Shown piece by piece: positions 35,474-44,365 of a stretch of DNA of 64,000 nucleotides. The DNA is from a virus. The stretch lies in IMG/VR virus record IMGVR_UViG_3300005573_001621; one strand, written 5' to 3'. The translations under genes were made by a program, and so were the position numbers. Each line of letters begins with the position of its first letter. Position 1 is the first letter of the stretch. The notes beneath the pieces were generated by a model. The model was not told the DNA's origin. It saw only the letters and a program-made list of their open reading frames with translations, and did not search any database.

Positions 35474-37018
35474 ATGTCTCTGCTTTTTAACGAGCTCCTT
35501 CTTAGGTATCGTGATCTGAATTTTGATATCATCCCAGATGATGAAACTTCAGAAGTTTTAATCACTGGGTTTTGGAGTCTCTATCTTTTCTTAAGAGACC
35601 AGATCTTCAAAGAAAGAGTTGTAGATCCGAGCTCTTCTGAGCTGCTTCTTCTTCGGAGAGGCGAGCTTGTCCCAATACACAACGAGCTAAGAGGCGCGAC
35701 TTCAAAAGTTTTTCCTTCTATTGTGAGATCGCATCTCCGTTTGAGTTCTCAAGCAGCGAAGGGCTGTTTAGAATCGATCTTTGCTAAAGCTGCTTTAGCT
35801 GGAGTTTATTTGAAAGAAGTCTATCATCAATTCTATAATTTAAATACTGAGCAGCTAGAAGATATTTTAGTATTTGATTCTAAGTCTAGAGATCGAGCTC
35901 GAGACTTAGCTTTTAAAGACTCTCTAGTCCCTACGAATTTCTTCAAATTCAAGTTCGGATTTTTCTACTCGCAGAACCCTTCTGTGTGGCTTCCGTATCC
36001 AGTTGGTGGTTCTAAAGTTTCATTTATTCCGATGGTTAGAAGATTTCTTCGGGCAAATACTCCGGCCGAAGTCTGGTATGACTTTTCTTTTCTTATCGGA
36101 GAGCCACTCCCTCGAATAGATTTAATCAAAAGCCGATTTAATTCTCTTAAGCAGCTTGATTATATAGAGTTTCCTGAAGAACTTTCAACTAGCTACGCTC
36201 TGAAGTTTGATGGCATAGATGATTATGCTAACTGCGGAAACGACTCAAGCTTGAGGCCTCAGGATTTAACGATCGAGCTACGAGTTAAGCCGGCTGTCGT
36301 TGATGAAAATATGTATGGCATCATCGTGAATGGCGGGCAGTGGGGAGGATTTAGTTATGGCTGGAGAATCTGGCAGGGTGGTAGTAGAATGTCAAAAAGA
36401 CTGGGGATTCAGATGAATTTTGGAGACCCGGGCCCAAGGAGTATCGATGACTGGGATGCGTTAAGTGAAGGCGCAAATGTTTGGTATCAGATTGCAGTAA
36501 CTTATGATCACCATTATTTACGACTCTATGTTAATGGCGTCGAAAAAGGAAGACTTGCTGAGACAAGAGATATTAACTATTCGTCTGAAGATTTATTGAT
36601 CGGACGAGCTCAGTGGTTTTATAACGGAGAAATAGCTGAAGTGAGAATTCATAACCGAGCTCTAGATCCGACAGAGATCGCCTATAATTGTCTTCATTCT
36701 ACTCCATATTCAACAGAGAGCTTAGTGCTCTGGCTGAGACTGAAGGAAGGGTCGGGAACGATAGCTTATGATGCTTCTGGGCATGATAATAATGCAACTC
36801 TCAGTGGAGCAACTTGGGTACAAGAATCGCTCCCTTGGCTAGCGAGGACTCATTTTAAGCTTCAAGTCCCGACTTTAAAAGCAGTGGAGTTTGATGAGCA
36901 CTTGCTTCTTAAGGGTCCAGCTAGCGTTGAAACTTCAACTGGAGTAGAATTAGTGAGAGTCGCGATCCGGCCTACACCAGCTCCAGCAGAAAGCTCGGCA
37001 GAGTCTGCTATGGGCTAA
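35474..37018 (+). CDS. Baseplate/tail protein with inserted LamG (concanavalin A-like) domain
   Basis: Wedge-like N-part; LamG insert at aa 240-449. Confidence 0.65.
   Translation: MSLLFNELLLRYRDLNFDIIPDDETSEVLITGFWSLYLFLRDQIFKERVVDPSSSELLLLRRGELVPIHNELRGATSKVFPSIVRSHLRLSSQAAKGCLESIFAKAALAGVYLKEVYHQFYNLNTEQLEDILVFDSKSRDRARDLAFKDSLVPTNFFKFKFGFFYSQNPSVWLPYPVGGSKVSFIPMVRRFLRANTPAEVWYDFSFLIGEPLPRIDLIKSRFNSLKQLDYIEFPEELSTSYALKFDGIDDYANCGNDSSLRPQDLTIELRVKPAVVDENMYGIIVNGGQWGGFSYGWRIWQGGSRMSKRLGIQMNFGDPGPRSIDDWDALSEGANVWYQIAVTYDHHYLRLYVNGVEKGRLAETRDINYSSEDLLIGRAQWFYNGEIAEVRIHNRALDPTEIAYNCLHSTPYSTESLVLWLRLKEGSGTIAYDASGHDNNATLSGATWVQESLPWLARTHFKLQVPTLKAVEFDEHLLLKGPASVETSTGVELVRVAIRPTPAPAESSAESAMG
36191..36820 (+). 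other. LamG/Laminin_G_3 domain cassette
   Basis: YALKFDGIDDY, TIELRVKP, WYQIAVTYD...LYVNG, FYNGEIAEVRIHNRAL, EGSGTIAYD.SG..N..L.GATWV. Confidence 0.88.
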
Positions 37019-37042
37019 AATAAACGAGAGAGGACAGAGGAC

Positions 37043-37606
37043 TTGGCTTTTTGTGTTCCAACAGACAGATTTCATCAAATATTAGTCACTTCACTCAAGA
37101 CTGGAGGATCAGCTGATCGCTTATTGCAGCGTCTTAAGCTGGGATACGACTCTAGCTTCTGGGATTCAACTGAACTAGTCCCTAAAATTCCCAATCCTTT
37201 TGTCGCTTCTGAGACTGGAAACGACAGAGATATCGAGACTCCTTATCTCACGATAAATTTAGAGTCTTCTTGGCTTTTAACTATACAAAAATTATATAAA
37301 GCTTACAATCCTGATCCTGTCGAATCAAAGCTCACAACTGTTGGGCTTATCTTGCCACTCCGTCTTTTAGGAGGGTCTGCTAACTCGTATCAATATAATT
37401 CCCAAACTCAGAAGCTAGAAATCACTCTTGCAGTTCCTTCGCCGGGCTCTTTAACAATAAATGCTTTTTCATTCTCATTTTTGAGTGGCTCATATTATAG
37501 AACTCTTTTCTTGATTTCAACGCCTTTGATCAATCTAGAGACTGATACTGATGCTTATTTAGATCTGAATCTAGAGTTTGGGTTCTCAGGAGGCGAAGAA
37601 CAGTAA
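37043..37606 (+). CDS. Probable baseplate/tail structural protein
   Basis: Beta-rich, in tail operon. Confidence 0.45.
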   Translation: MAFCVPTDRFHQILVTSLKTGGSADRLLQRLKLGYDSSFWDSTELVPKIPNPFVASETGNDRDIETPYLTINLESSWLLTIQKLYKAYNPDPVESKLTTVGLILPLRLLGGSANSYQYNSQTQKLEITLAVPSPGSLTINAFSFSFLSGSYYRTLFLISTPLINLETDTDAYLDLNLEFGFSGGEEQ

Positions 37607-38583
37607 TGAGCGCTCCTACTTGGACGCCTTACTATTTTGACAGCTCAAGAAAAGGACTCAGAGTTTTGCAGTTTTTGCCGCTTTCTGGCTATCCGACTGA
37701 TCAACTAGCTGCCAGAATTGCGAGTGCTCAGAGAGGCTCTTTAGGGATAGAGTCAGGTTTTCTCTTAGCAGGTCTTTATCCAGGAGTCGCTGGATCGAGC
37801 TACGATATTTCTGCCCAAATTCCGCTTACTTCGTGCTCGATCGTCCAACTCAGTTCTATAAATGATGGCGGGATAGAGCGAATCAATCAAGTAATTTCGA
37901 CTTTTGGATCTTATTTTATAGAAATTCCTCTTTGCGGATTGGGAGGCGAATCTCTAGAAATGCCAGGAGGAGAGTCAGAATCTAATATTCATACTGCTAT
38001 TGTTCCAGCTTACGTCTCAAACAGCAGAGGAGATGAGATCTTAAAAGGATATTATACAGTTTATATGCTTGAGAATCCGAAGATCTATGTTCCAGCAACA
38101 GCTCAAACTAGACCCAGATATTTTGGAGTATTTCTAAAAGCCTGTCAGCGGCAGTCAGCTCTTGCAACTTACGCTTCTTCTTTAACCGTTAAAATTGGAG
38201 TAGCAGAGTATGATCCTACTGAGGGTGACTGGTCTTCTTTAGAAGAAGATGAAACTAAGGCAATTAGCCCTTGGTATACAGATTTCTCTTTAGTAAGAAT
38301 AGGAACAGTAATAGTAAGTGCTTCGAATGTTTCTGGCCAGACGTCGTCAAGTGGATCAATCTTAGGGCTGGACGCTCATTTGAAGCCATACTTTGCTTTC
38401 TTAGAAGAAGAAACTTTATCATCACTGAATGTAAAAATTTCTTATGCTCTTAGAGATGAGCGTCAAGAAATCGTTCAATCTCTATTAGAAGAGCTAGACT
38501 TAGCAATACGATCCTTGAGCAATGCGATTGCTCTGTTTGAGCTTTTGTTGGGACTAGGGTCTAGAGAGGAGACAACGACATAA
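37606..38583 (+). CDS. Probable tail/baseplate structural protein
   Basis: TAATG coupling, tail operon. Confidence 0.45.
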   Translation: MSAPTWTPYYFDSSRKGLRVLQFLPLSGYPTDQLAARIASAQRGSLGIESGFLLAGLYPGVAGSSYDISAQIPLTSCSIVQLSSINDGGIERINQVISTFGSYFIEIPLCGLGGESLEMPGGESESNIHTAIVPAYVSNSRGDEILKGYYTVYMLENPKIYVPATAQTRPRYFGVFLKACQRQSALATYASSLTVKIGVAEYDPTEGDWSSLEEDETKAISPWYTDFSLVRIGTVIVSASNVSGQTSSSGSILGLDAHLKPYFAFLEEETLSSLNVKISYALRDERQEIVQSLLEELDLAIRSLSNAIALFELLLGLGSREETTT

Positions 38584-40727
38584 TGAGTTTGAGAATTACT
38601 ACTCTTTTACAAGATTTAGCTAATAAGCTAAAAGATCTAGAATCAAAGCTCACTGTAACATTACAGTGGCTCCCGTATATTGTTCAAGAAATCTGGGGTC
38701 TTACGATGTCTCAAGCTTCGCCTACATCTCCTTCTAGAATAGACAATGCGGTGAGTGACATATCAAATCTATCTTCTAGCTTCGACTCTCACACGAAGTA
38801 TCCCTCAGGGTCTTCTCCAGCTCCAGCTTCTCACTGGGCTGCAGCAGTTAAAATCTCTGGCACTTACCCTGGATTAGTTCCTTATAATTCTAATCCGACG
38901 AGTGAGACTTTAGCGCAATTCTTAGATTTTCATAGAAGAGCAAATTCTTTCGGTGGGTCATCGATAAGCTACACAGAGGTCGGAGCGAATGGGCCTCAGC
39001 ACTGGGCTAACGCAATCTCGTTGAGTGATGGGACTTCTGTTGAAGCTAGAATCTCTTGGCTTTTAGATCAAATCAGCAACGCTTGGGCGATCAAAGAAAT
39101 CTATCTGACTACTGACGTAGGATCTGGGGGCGCAGAGAACGTTTACTCTACTCTAAAAGATGCTATCAATGCTGTCAATCAAGCTCCAGCTACGGCAGCA
39201 GTGATCGTTTATGTTGGAAGAGGAACGTTTTCTGCGAACGAGCCTTTGGCATTGAGAAAAGACAATGTCGCTTTTGTTAGTTTAGGCGATTCTTCAAAGC
39301 TAGATTTTTCTGGCGGGCTGAGTTTATCTAACTGCTCGAATATAATGTTTGAAAACTTAAGATTCTTAGTGACGTCCACTAGTGAGCAGATCACGGGGTC
39401 AAACGTAAAGAATTTAGTCTTCCTCCGATGTATTCTCCCTGCTTATACAGGCGAGTTCTCAAACGGAGAAGGAGCTTTCTTGGATTTAACAAATTCAGAA
39501 AAGATCTGGATTCAAGATTGCTACTCTGATGCTGCAGCTGGGAGGCTGCTTTTAACTTTCGACGCTTCAGAAGTTGTTATTTTAAGCTCAAAACTTCCTT
39601 TAGCTGAAGTTAGATTCAAGAGAGACGAGACTTCTCTTGCAGTAAGAAAAGATATCTTGATTCAGTCGTCATCGTTAAAATCTGTCAGCTTCGCTCTTCG
39701 CTATACTAAATTTCATAATATTCAGATTCTAGATAATGATCTCCAGAGCTTGAAATGGACAATCGATGAAGCACTTTATACAAATTATCCCGCTAGTTGT
39801 ATTCAAGTTATTGGGAACAGAATTATAGATCTTGCAAGCTCAATCGAAATTACTGTTAACGGCTTAATTTTCTCTAAAAACTTCATAAAAGCTAGTCCCT
39901 CTATTTCTACTAACCTCTTCGCGGGATCTTTCGGAAAAAAGTTCCTCGAAAATCCCTCATACATTGAAGCAGACTTAGCAAATCTGATAAGCGAGAATAC
40001 AATAGTTAGAGAGGGAACTTCCAACTCTTACTTAGTTTCTGTTATCTTATGCAGAGGAGCAGACCCAAATCGTTATGATGCAAATCTAGCAAATTACTTG
40101 CAACTGCGCGCAGAGCAGAGCTATGAGCTTGTGCCGTTGCGTTTACAACTTTTAGGCAACAAAATCATCTGGAAAGGAGCTCTAAGAGAGCCCAGCGCAA
40201 TTGGGAGCACAAATCTTGTTGTTCCGTTGATAGATCTTGCAGGGACTCGAATTGAGGTCGCAGAGAACAGCTTTTATATCTACGTTAGAGAATACCAGGG
40301 AACTACGGGATCAACGTCATTTGACGTGATCTCTCTAACTGGCTACGACTCTAGAATTGAAAATAATTTGTTCTTGATTGAGGGAGATACTACTACTAGA
40401 CGCAGTGATCCCGAAAGCGGTTATTATCGAGGCTTCTTGCGAAGAATAATCCACACGAAAGGGTTGTTCTTAGGAGTAAATAGCAATTATCTAACAATCG
40501 GAGGTCCAAGCACAGTACAATTTCCTTCATCTGGCGGGTACGGAATCTTAGCAGAGCCAGGAAGCTTCACAACAGGGACTCCTATGCACGCTTTTGTTAT
40601 GATTCAATCAAACATAGCTTCAGATCGATATCAGCCGACGACAGCTTTAGCAATCGATGAAACGTTAAGTACAAATGGCTTCGATGCTTACTTGCTCACA
40701 GATAACTTAAATTATAGCGCACCATGA
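38583..40727 (+). CDS. Tail fibre/tailspike with right-handed beta-helix (pectate-lyase-like)
   Basis: YSTLKDAINA...VIVYVGRGTF entry helix, N/I/S-rich rungs; duplicated HWAxA motif. Confidence 0.7.
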   Translation: MSLRITTLLQDLANKLKDLESKLTVTLQWLPYIVQEIWGLTMSQASPTSPSRIDNAVSDISNLSSSFDSHTKYPSGSSPAPASHWAAAVKISGTYPGLVPYNSNPTSETLAQFLDFHRRANSFGGSSISYTEVGANGPQHWANAISLSDGTSVEARISWLLDQISNAWAIKEIYLTTDVGSGGAENVYSTLKDAINAVNQAPATAAVIVYVGRGTFSANEPLALRKDNVAFVSLGDSSKLDFSGGLSLSNCSNIMFENLRFLVTSTSEQITGSNVKNLVFLRCILPAYTGEFSNGEGAFLDLTNSEKIWIQDCYSDAAAGRLLLTFDASEVVILSSKLPLAEVRFKRDETSLAVRKDILIQSSSLKSVSFALRYTKFHNIQILDNDLQSLKWTIDEALYTNYPASCIQVIGNRIIDLASSIEITVNGLIFSKNFIKASPSISTNLFAGSFGKKFLENPSYIEADLANLISENTIVREGTSNSYLVSVILCRGADPNRYDANLANYLQLRAEQSYELVPLRLQLLGNKIIWKGALREPSAIGSTNLVVPLIDLAGTRIEVAENSFYIYVREYQGTTGSTSFDVISLTGYDSRIENNLFLIEGDTTTRRSDPESGYYRGFLRRIIHTKGLFLGVNSNYLTIGGPSTVQFPSSGGYGILAEPGSFTTGTPMHAFVMIQSNIASDRYQPTTALAIDETLSTNGFDAYLLTDNLNYSAP

Positions 40728-41203
40728 TCTACTCTGCAAAAGTCGTAGAAGTGACAAGCGATGATGTGGTAGTAGATGTTAAAGAGCTTGGTTTAGAGTC
40801 GCTTCGAGTAGAATATATCTTGATTCCCGGACAACTCCCTTCTGAGACGGGTCTTTTGAATATCCTCCCTAAAAAGGGCGATGACGTAATGATCTTTTTA
40901 GAGGGAGGAGAGCTTCACAGAGCAGTTCTTTTGCCAGCTAAAGTAAGGATTAAAGATCTTAAAGAAGACTCTCTGAAATTGAAGACTCCCACAGATACGA
41001 TTTTGATGGACTCAGCTGGAATCAAAATCGGCTCGGAATCAGCTTCGCAACCTCTAGTTTTAGGATATCAGCTCTTATCTTATTTAGCAAAGATCTACTC
41101 TTATCTTCAAGTTGTAGGCTCTATAATTGGTGTTCCTCCGTCTCCGATGTTTGTCAGCCCTCCGAATAAGTCTTTGCTTTCTTCCCGACATAAAACTTGT
41201 TAA
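40724..41203 (+). CDS. Baseplate central spike (gp5/gpV-like OB fold plus short beta-helix)
   Basis: AKVVEV, LPKKGDDVMIFLEGG, IKIGS.SASQPLVLG. Confidence 0.65.
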   Translation: MIYSAKVVEVTSDDVVVDVKELGLESLRVEYILIPGQLPSETGLLNILPKKGDDVMIFLEGGELHRAVLLPAKVRIKDLKEDSLKLKTPTDTILMDSAGIKIGSESASQPLVLGYQLLSYLAKIYSYLQVVGSIIGVPPSPMFVSPPNKSLLSSRHKTC

Positions 41204-41216
41204 GGAGATTGCTTTT

Positions 41217-41462
41217 ATGATGAACGGAGCTTTATTAGCTCAGCAGATAAAAAATCAATTACCCAAAACCGTCTCATCTACAGAAATAGATCCCGAGACT
41301 GGCCAAGAAACTACTGTTACGAAGACCGTTCCTGCTCCAGCTGGATTGATAGACATTTTAGCAGAGCAGATTGTTCTTCATATTAAAACTGCAGCTCAAG
41401 CTACTGGAATTGGAGGAGCAATTCCTGGACCCGTAACTATCCCTCCGGGAGGAATCCAATAG
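41217..41462 (+). CDS. Small spike-associated protein
   Basis: ATG after AAGGAG is the probable start; LAEQIV.HIK..A. Confidence 0.5.
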   Translation: MMNGALLAQQIKNQLPKTVSSTEIDPETGQETTVTKTVPAPAGLIDILAEQIVLHIKTAAQATGIGGAIPGPVTIPPGGIQ

Positions 41463-41466
41463 AACG

Positions 41467-41802
41467 ATGGCTAGAACTCCTATAACAAAAGAAGAAGTTG
41501 CTCAGTTTATTAAAACTTATGCCGGTCAGAGCCCAGATCAAGTAATTAAAGATTCTTTAAAAGAAGGAGGGACTGCTTGGAATGCTGATTATGATGACGG
41601 AGTCTTTTCTATCTGCGAAGCAATAGCAAAAGCAATAAATCAAGAGCTAGATGAAGAGCACAGTATAATTCAAGCAAAAATTGATATTTTAAAGAATAAA
41701 ATCAACCAGCTGATAAGCGCTTATAATCAGCTCAGATCTGATTATAACAATGCGATCGTTCCAACTTCAGCTCCTGAAGTGACTTTGCTAGGAGAAGTCT
41801 AA
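41467..41802 (+). CDS. Small spike-associated/coiled-coil protein
   Basis: Intact ORF. Confidence 0.55.
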   Translation: MARTPITKEEVAQFIKTYAGQSPDQVIKDSLKEGGTAWNADYDDGVFSICEAIAKAINQELDEEHSIIQAKIDILKNKINQLISAYNQLRSDYNNAIVPTSAPEVTLLGEV

Positions 41803-41819
41803 GAAGAGGGCAACAAGCT

Positions 41820-42095
41820 ATGAATAAGTCTGATGTTGAAAAAGCAATTAAGAAATATAAAGAAAAGTGGGCAGAGATTCCGGGATTTTTAAATGCTTAT
41901 GCAGTTAAAATTGATCTTAACGGGTTTAAATGGGCGATTTTGCTTCAGATAAAGAAAAGCTATTATCCAGAGACTTCTGGACTCTATCCTGATTCAGTCG
42001 ATGGAATTCCAGTAGTCTTAGAGCTAGTCTCGGGATTGAAAGCGCTTAAAGCAAGGCTTTCAGCTGCTAAAAGAGAAGGAGAAAGTGAGCAATGA
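41820..42095 (+). CDS. Hypothetical protein
   Basis: Intact ORF, VDGIPVVLE. Confidence 0.6.
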   Translation: MNKSDVEKAIKKYKEKWAEIPGFLNAYAVKIDLNGFKWAILLQIKKSYYPETSGLYPDSVDGIPVVLELVSGLKALKARLSAAKREGESEQ

Positions 42096-42253
42096 CTCTT
42101 TTAGGGATTTTTATAAAAGTCTTCGTTGTTGCTTTTGCTTGGTTCTCGGCTCTGTCTTGGGTTCTTGATCCTGCATATAAAACACAATGGAAAATCTTTG
42201 TCTCGGCTTGCGCGGCTCTAGTGACTTTCTTCATGCTTTCAAGTCTCAGATAA
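42092..42253 (+). CDS. 53-aa two-TM membrane protein missed by the ORF track
   Basis: AAGGAG SD, ATGA overlap; MTLLGIFIKVFVVAFAWFSALSWVLDPAYKTQWKIFVSACAALVTFFMLSSLR. Confidence 0.75.
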   Translation: MTLLGIFIKVFVVAFAWFSALSWVLDPAYKTQWKIFVSACAALVTFFMLSSLR

Positions 42254-42280
42254 TAACTTTGAGAGAGGGATCTTTTCTTC

Positions 42281-42670
42281 ATGAAAAAGCTCTTTGCATT
42301 ACTTTTGTTATCTTCTTTGATCTTTGGAGGAGAGCAGCTTCTTTCAAGGGGAGAAGAAAAACAGATCTTCAGCTTCTCTACTCCCACGACAGATACTCTT
42401 TCTGATACTTTGAGGCTTTCTCCTTTAGTAGAGGGATACTTTTCTGTTCTGAGTGATAATGATCTGACTGCTGGCTCTGTGATTCTTTACGGTTCTTATT
42501 CGTATAACAAAAGCTTGTAGTCTGGCTGGGACTCGCTAGCTGTTTTTGCTTCTGGAGACAGCAATAAAATGGTCGGACTAGATATCCCTGTCTGTAATTA
42601 TCTGCGCTTCAGAATACACTTAAGCGCAGATGCATCAGGGTCTTTCAAAGCTCAAGTTTTTGCTAAGTGA
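42281..42670 (+). pseudogene. Signal-peptide beta protein interrupted by an in-frame TAG (nonsense allele or readthrough)
   Basis: MKKLFALLLLSSLIFG signal; TAG at 42518-42520 followed by 49 sense codons to TGA at 42668-42670, then the SD of the next gene. Confidence 0.65.
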
Positions 42671-42686
42671 AAAAAGGAGATTTAGC

Positions 42687-42950
42687 ATGTTACGTACTAG
42701 ATTGTTACTCGCAGCTCTCTTATTGAGTTTTTTCTTGGTTTCAAGTCCGAGTCTTGATCAGAAGCAACCAGTCCCTCTTCCCTGGGATACTGCGAAAAGA
42801 CTTTCTCAAAGTAGCGGTGGTAGTAGTAGTAGTGGTAACTTCTGGCGGACAGATGTAGTGGATACAGCAGCAGCAAATGGTGATACAATAGTGACTTTTG
42901 ATAATTCGTATCCTGCGGTTTTGATCATTTTTTTGCTGCGAGGTGGCTAA
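42687..42950 (+). CDS. 87-aa protein with N-terminal signal/anchor
   Basis: AAGGAG SD before ATG 42687; MLRTRLLLAALLLSFFLVSS. Confidence 0.65.
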   Translation: MLRTRLLLAALLLSFFLVSSPSLDQKQPVPLPWDTAKRLSQSSGGSSSSGNFWRTDVVDTAAANGDTIVTFDNSYPAVLIIFLLRGG

Positions 42951-44353
42951 TGAACTTTGTTGAACTCCCTCTTGACCAAAGTGTCTGCTATGGAAATGTC
43001 GAATTAAAACCTGCTTCTGGGACTCTCCCTCAAAGACTGACGATAGAGAAGTTAGTGAAAAGATACGTCATCAGCGGATCTTATGATACATTTTATGTTT
43101 TTCTTGAAGGAAACAGAATGTGGATGACTCGTAGTAGAACTGGCGGGACTTATCCCTGGTTAGTAGAAGTTGATCCGGAGACTCTAAATATCCTTCAGCA
43201 AAGAACAGACAACGAGTTAGCAAATTACCAAATTTTCGGAAAAGATGCCAGCTATTTGTATTTATGGAGTGGTAATTACATCAAGAAAGTCCGCCTGTCA
43301 GATTTCGGGACAGAGCTGACTTCTGCAGCAGTGGTAGGTAATGTCTATTGCCCTCCATTTTTGGCTTTAAATGCTATATATTGTGGAACGGGTTGGCCAG
43401 GGATACTACGGAAAATCAGTAAGGCAGATTTAAGCATCATAGAAGACTTTGGAAGTGTGTTAAACTACCGGATTAGTAATATTTACACTGAAGATGAAGA
43501 CATATTCTGGGCCTGGAGATACATAGAATTCGCGAAGTACTCTAAGAGTTCAGACAAGATATTATGGTCCAAGAAGCAGTATGGGGAGACTGATGACTTA
43601 GCAAACTCTAACTTTTACTTCAGCAGCTCTCCCCCTGATTTTCTTATGTTGAGGAAGAAGTTTGATGGTAACTTCTGTATCGTCGCTGGGCTAAAGATAC
43701 TATTCTATGATGCTGAGACTTGTGAGAACAGAAAACTCATAATTCTTCCTTCGAAGGTAGGTCGTTTTGATGGATATGAGGGAGTCCCCAGCAGTTACTG
43801 TTTATCTTTTGATATGAGTGAGAGTTATATAGCATACTTTCCATTCAAAGGTATTTGGGGTTACTACACTCAAGAGCCGATTTTTGTTATTCGTTGGGGT
43901 GATAATACTTTTTCGAATTCTTATGCCGAGTTCACCAAAGACCTTTTACCGGGCTCGGTCTTAAAGAAGATCATCGTTGAAGGTGGTTTCAGCAAGGGCT
44001 ACAGTGATTCTTATGCAGATGCTCAGCAAATAAGAGTCCAATACTGGGATGGGACTGGCTGGGTTGAATATGATCTTGATGCTCTGCCTGACATAAATCT
44101 CCAGACCAATCAAGTAAAGATCCGAATCGGCTTGCAAGATCGGTATCTGGCGTCAGATCGCTTCCCTTATGTGAGTAAAGTTGGTATTCTCTATGACCCT
44201 CCGTATGACACTACGCCCCCGGCAAAACCCGAAGGGATATCAGTAGATCTACCTCCGTCAAGACCCACAGGGCTTAACATAGAAGAAGCATCAGACGGAG
44301 GCGGACTACTTCCACCTCCTCAACCTCCACTTCCACCTCTACCAAAAAGATAA
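42950..44353 (+). CDS. Receptor-binding/tail-appendage candidate: beta-propeller in beta-sandwich, Pro-rich C-terminus
   Basis: Repeating WxxR/K beta blades; C-terminal YDTTPPAKPEGI. Confidence 0.5.
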   Translation: MNFVELPLDQSVCYGNVELKPASGTLPQRLTIEKLVKRYVISGSYDTFYVFLEGNRMWMTRSRTGGTYPWLVEVDPETLNILQQRTDNELANYQIFGKDASYLYLWSGNYIKKVRLSDFGTELTSAAVVGNVYCPPFLALNAIYCGTGWPGILRKISKADLSIIEDFGSVLNYRISNIYTEDEDIFWAWRYIEFAKYSKSSDKILWSKKQYGETDDLANSNFYFSSSPPDFLMLRKKFDGNFCIVAGLKILFYDAETCENRKLIILPSKVGRFDGYEGVPSSYCLSFDMSESYIAYFPFKGIWGYYTQEPIFVIRWGDNTFSNSYAEFTKDLLPGSVLKKIIVEGGFSKGYSDSYADAQQIRVQYWDGTGWVEYDLDALPDINLQTNQVKIRIGLQDRYLASDRFPYVSKVGILYDPPYDTTPPAKPEGISVDLPPSRPTGLNIEEASDGGGLLPPPQPPLPPLPKR

Positions 44354-44365
44354 TGAGGAGCAACT

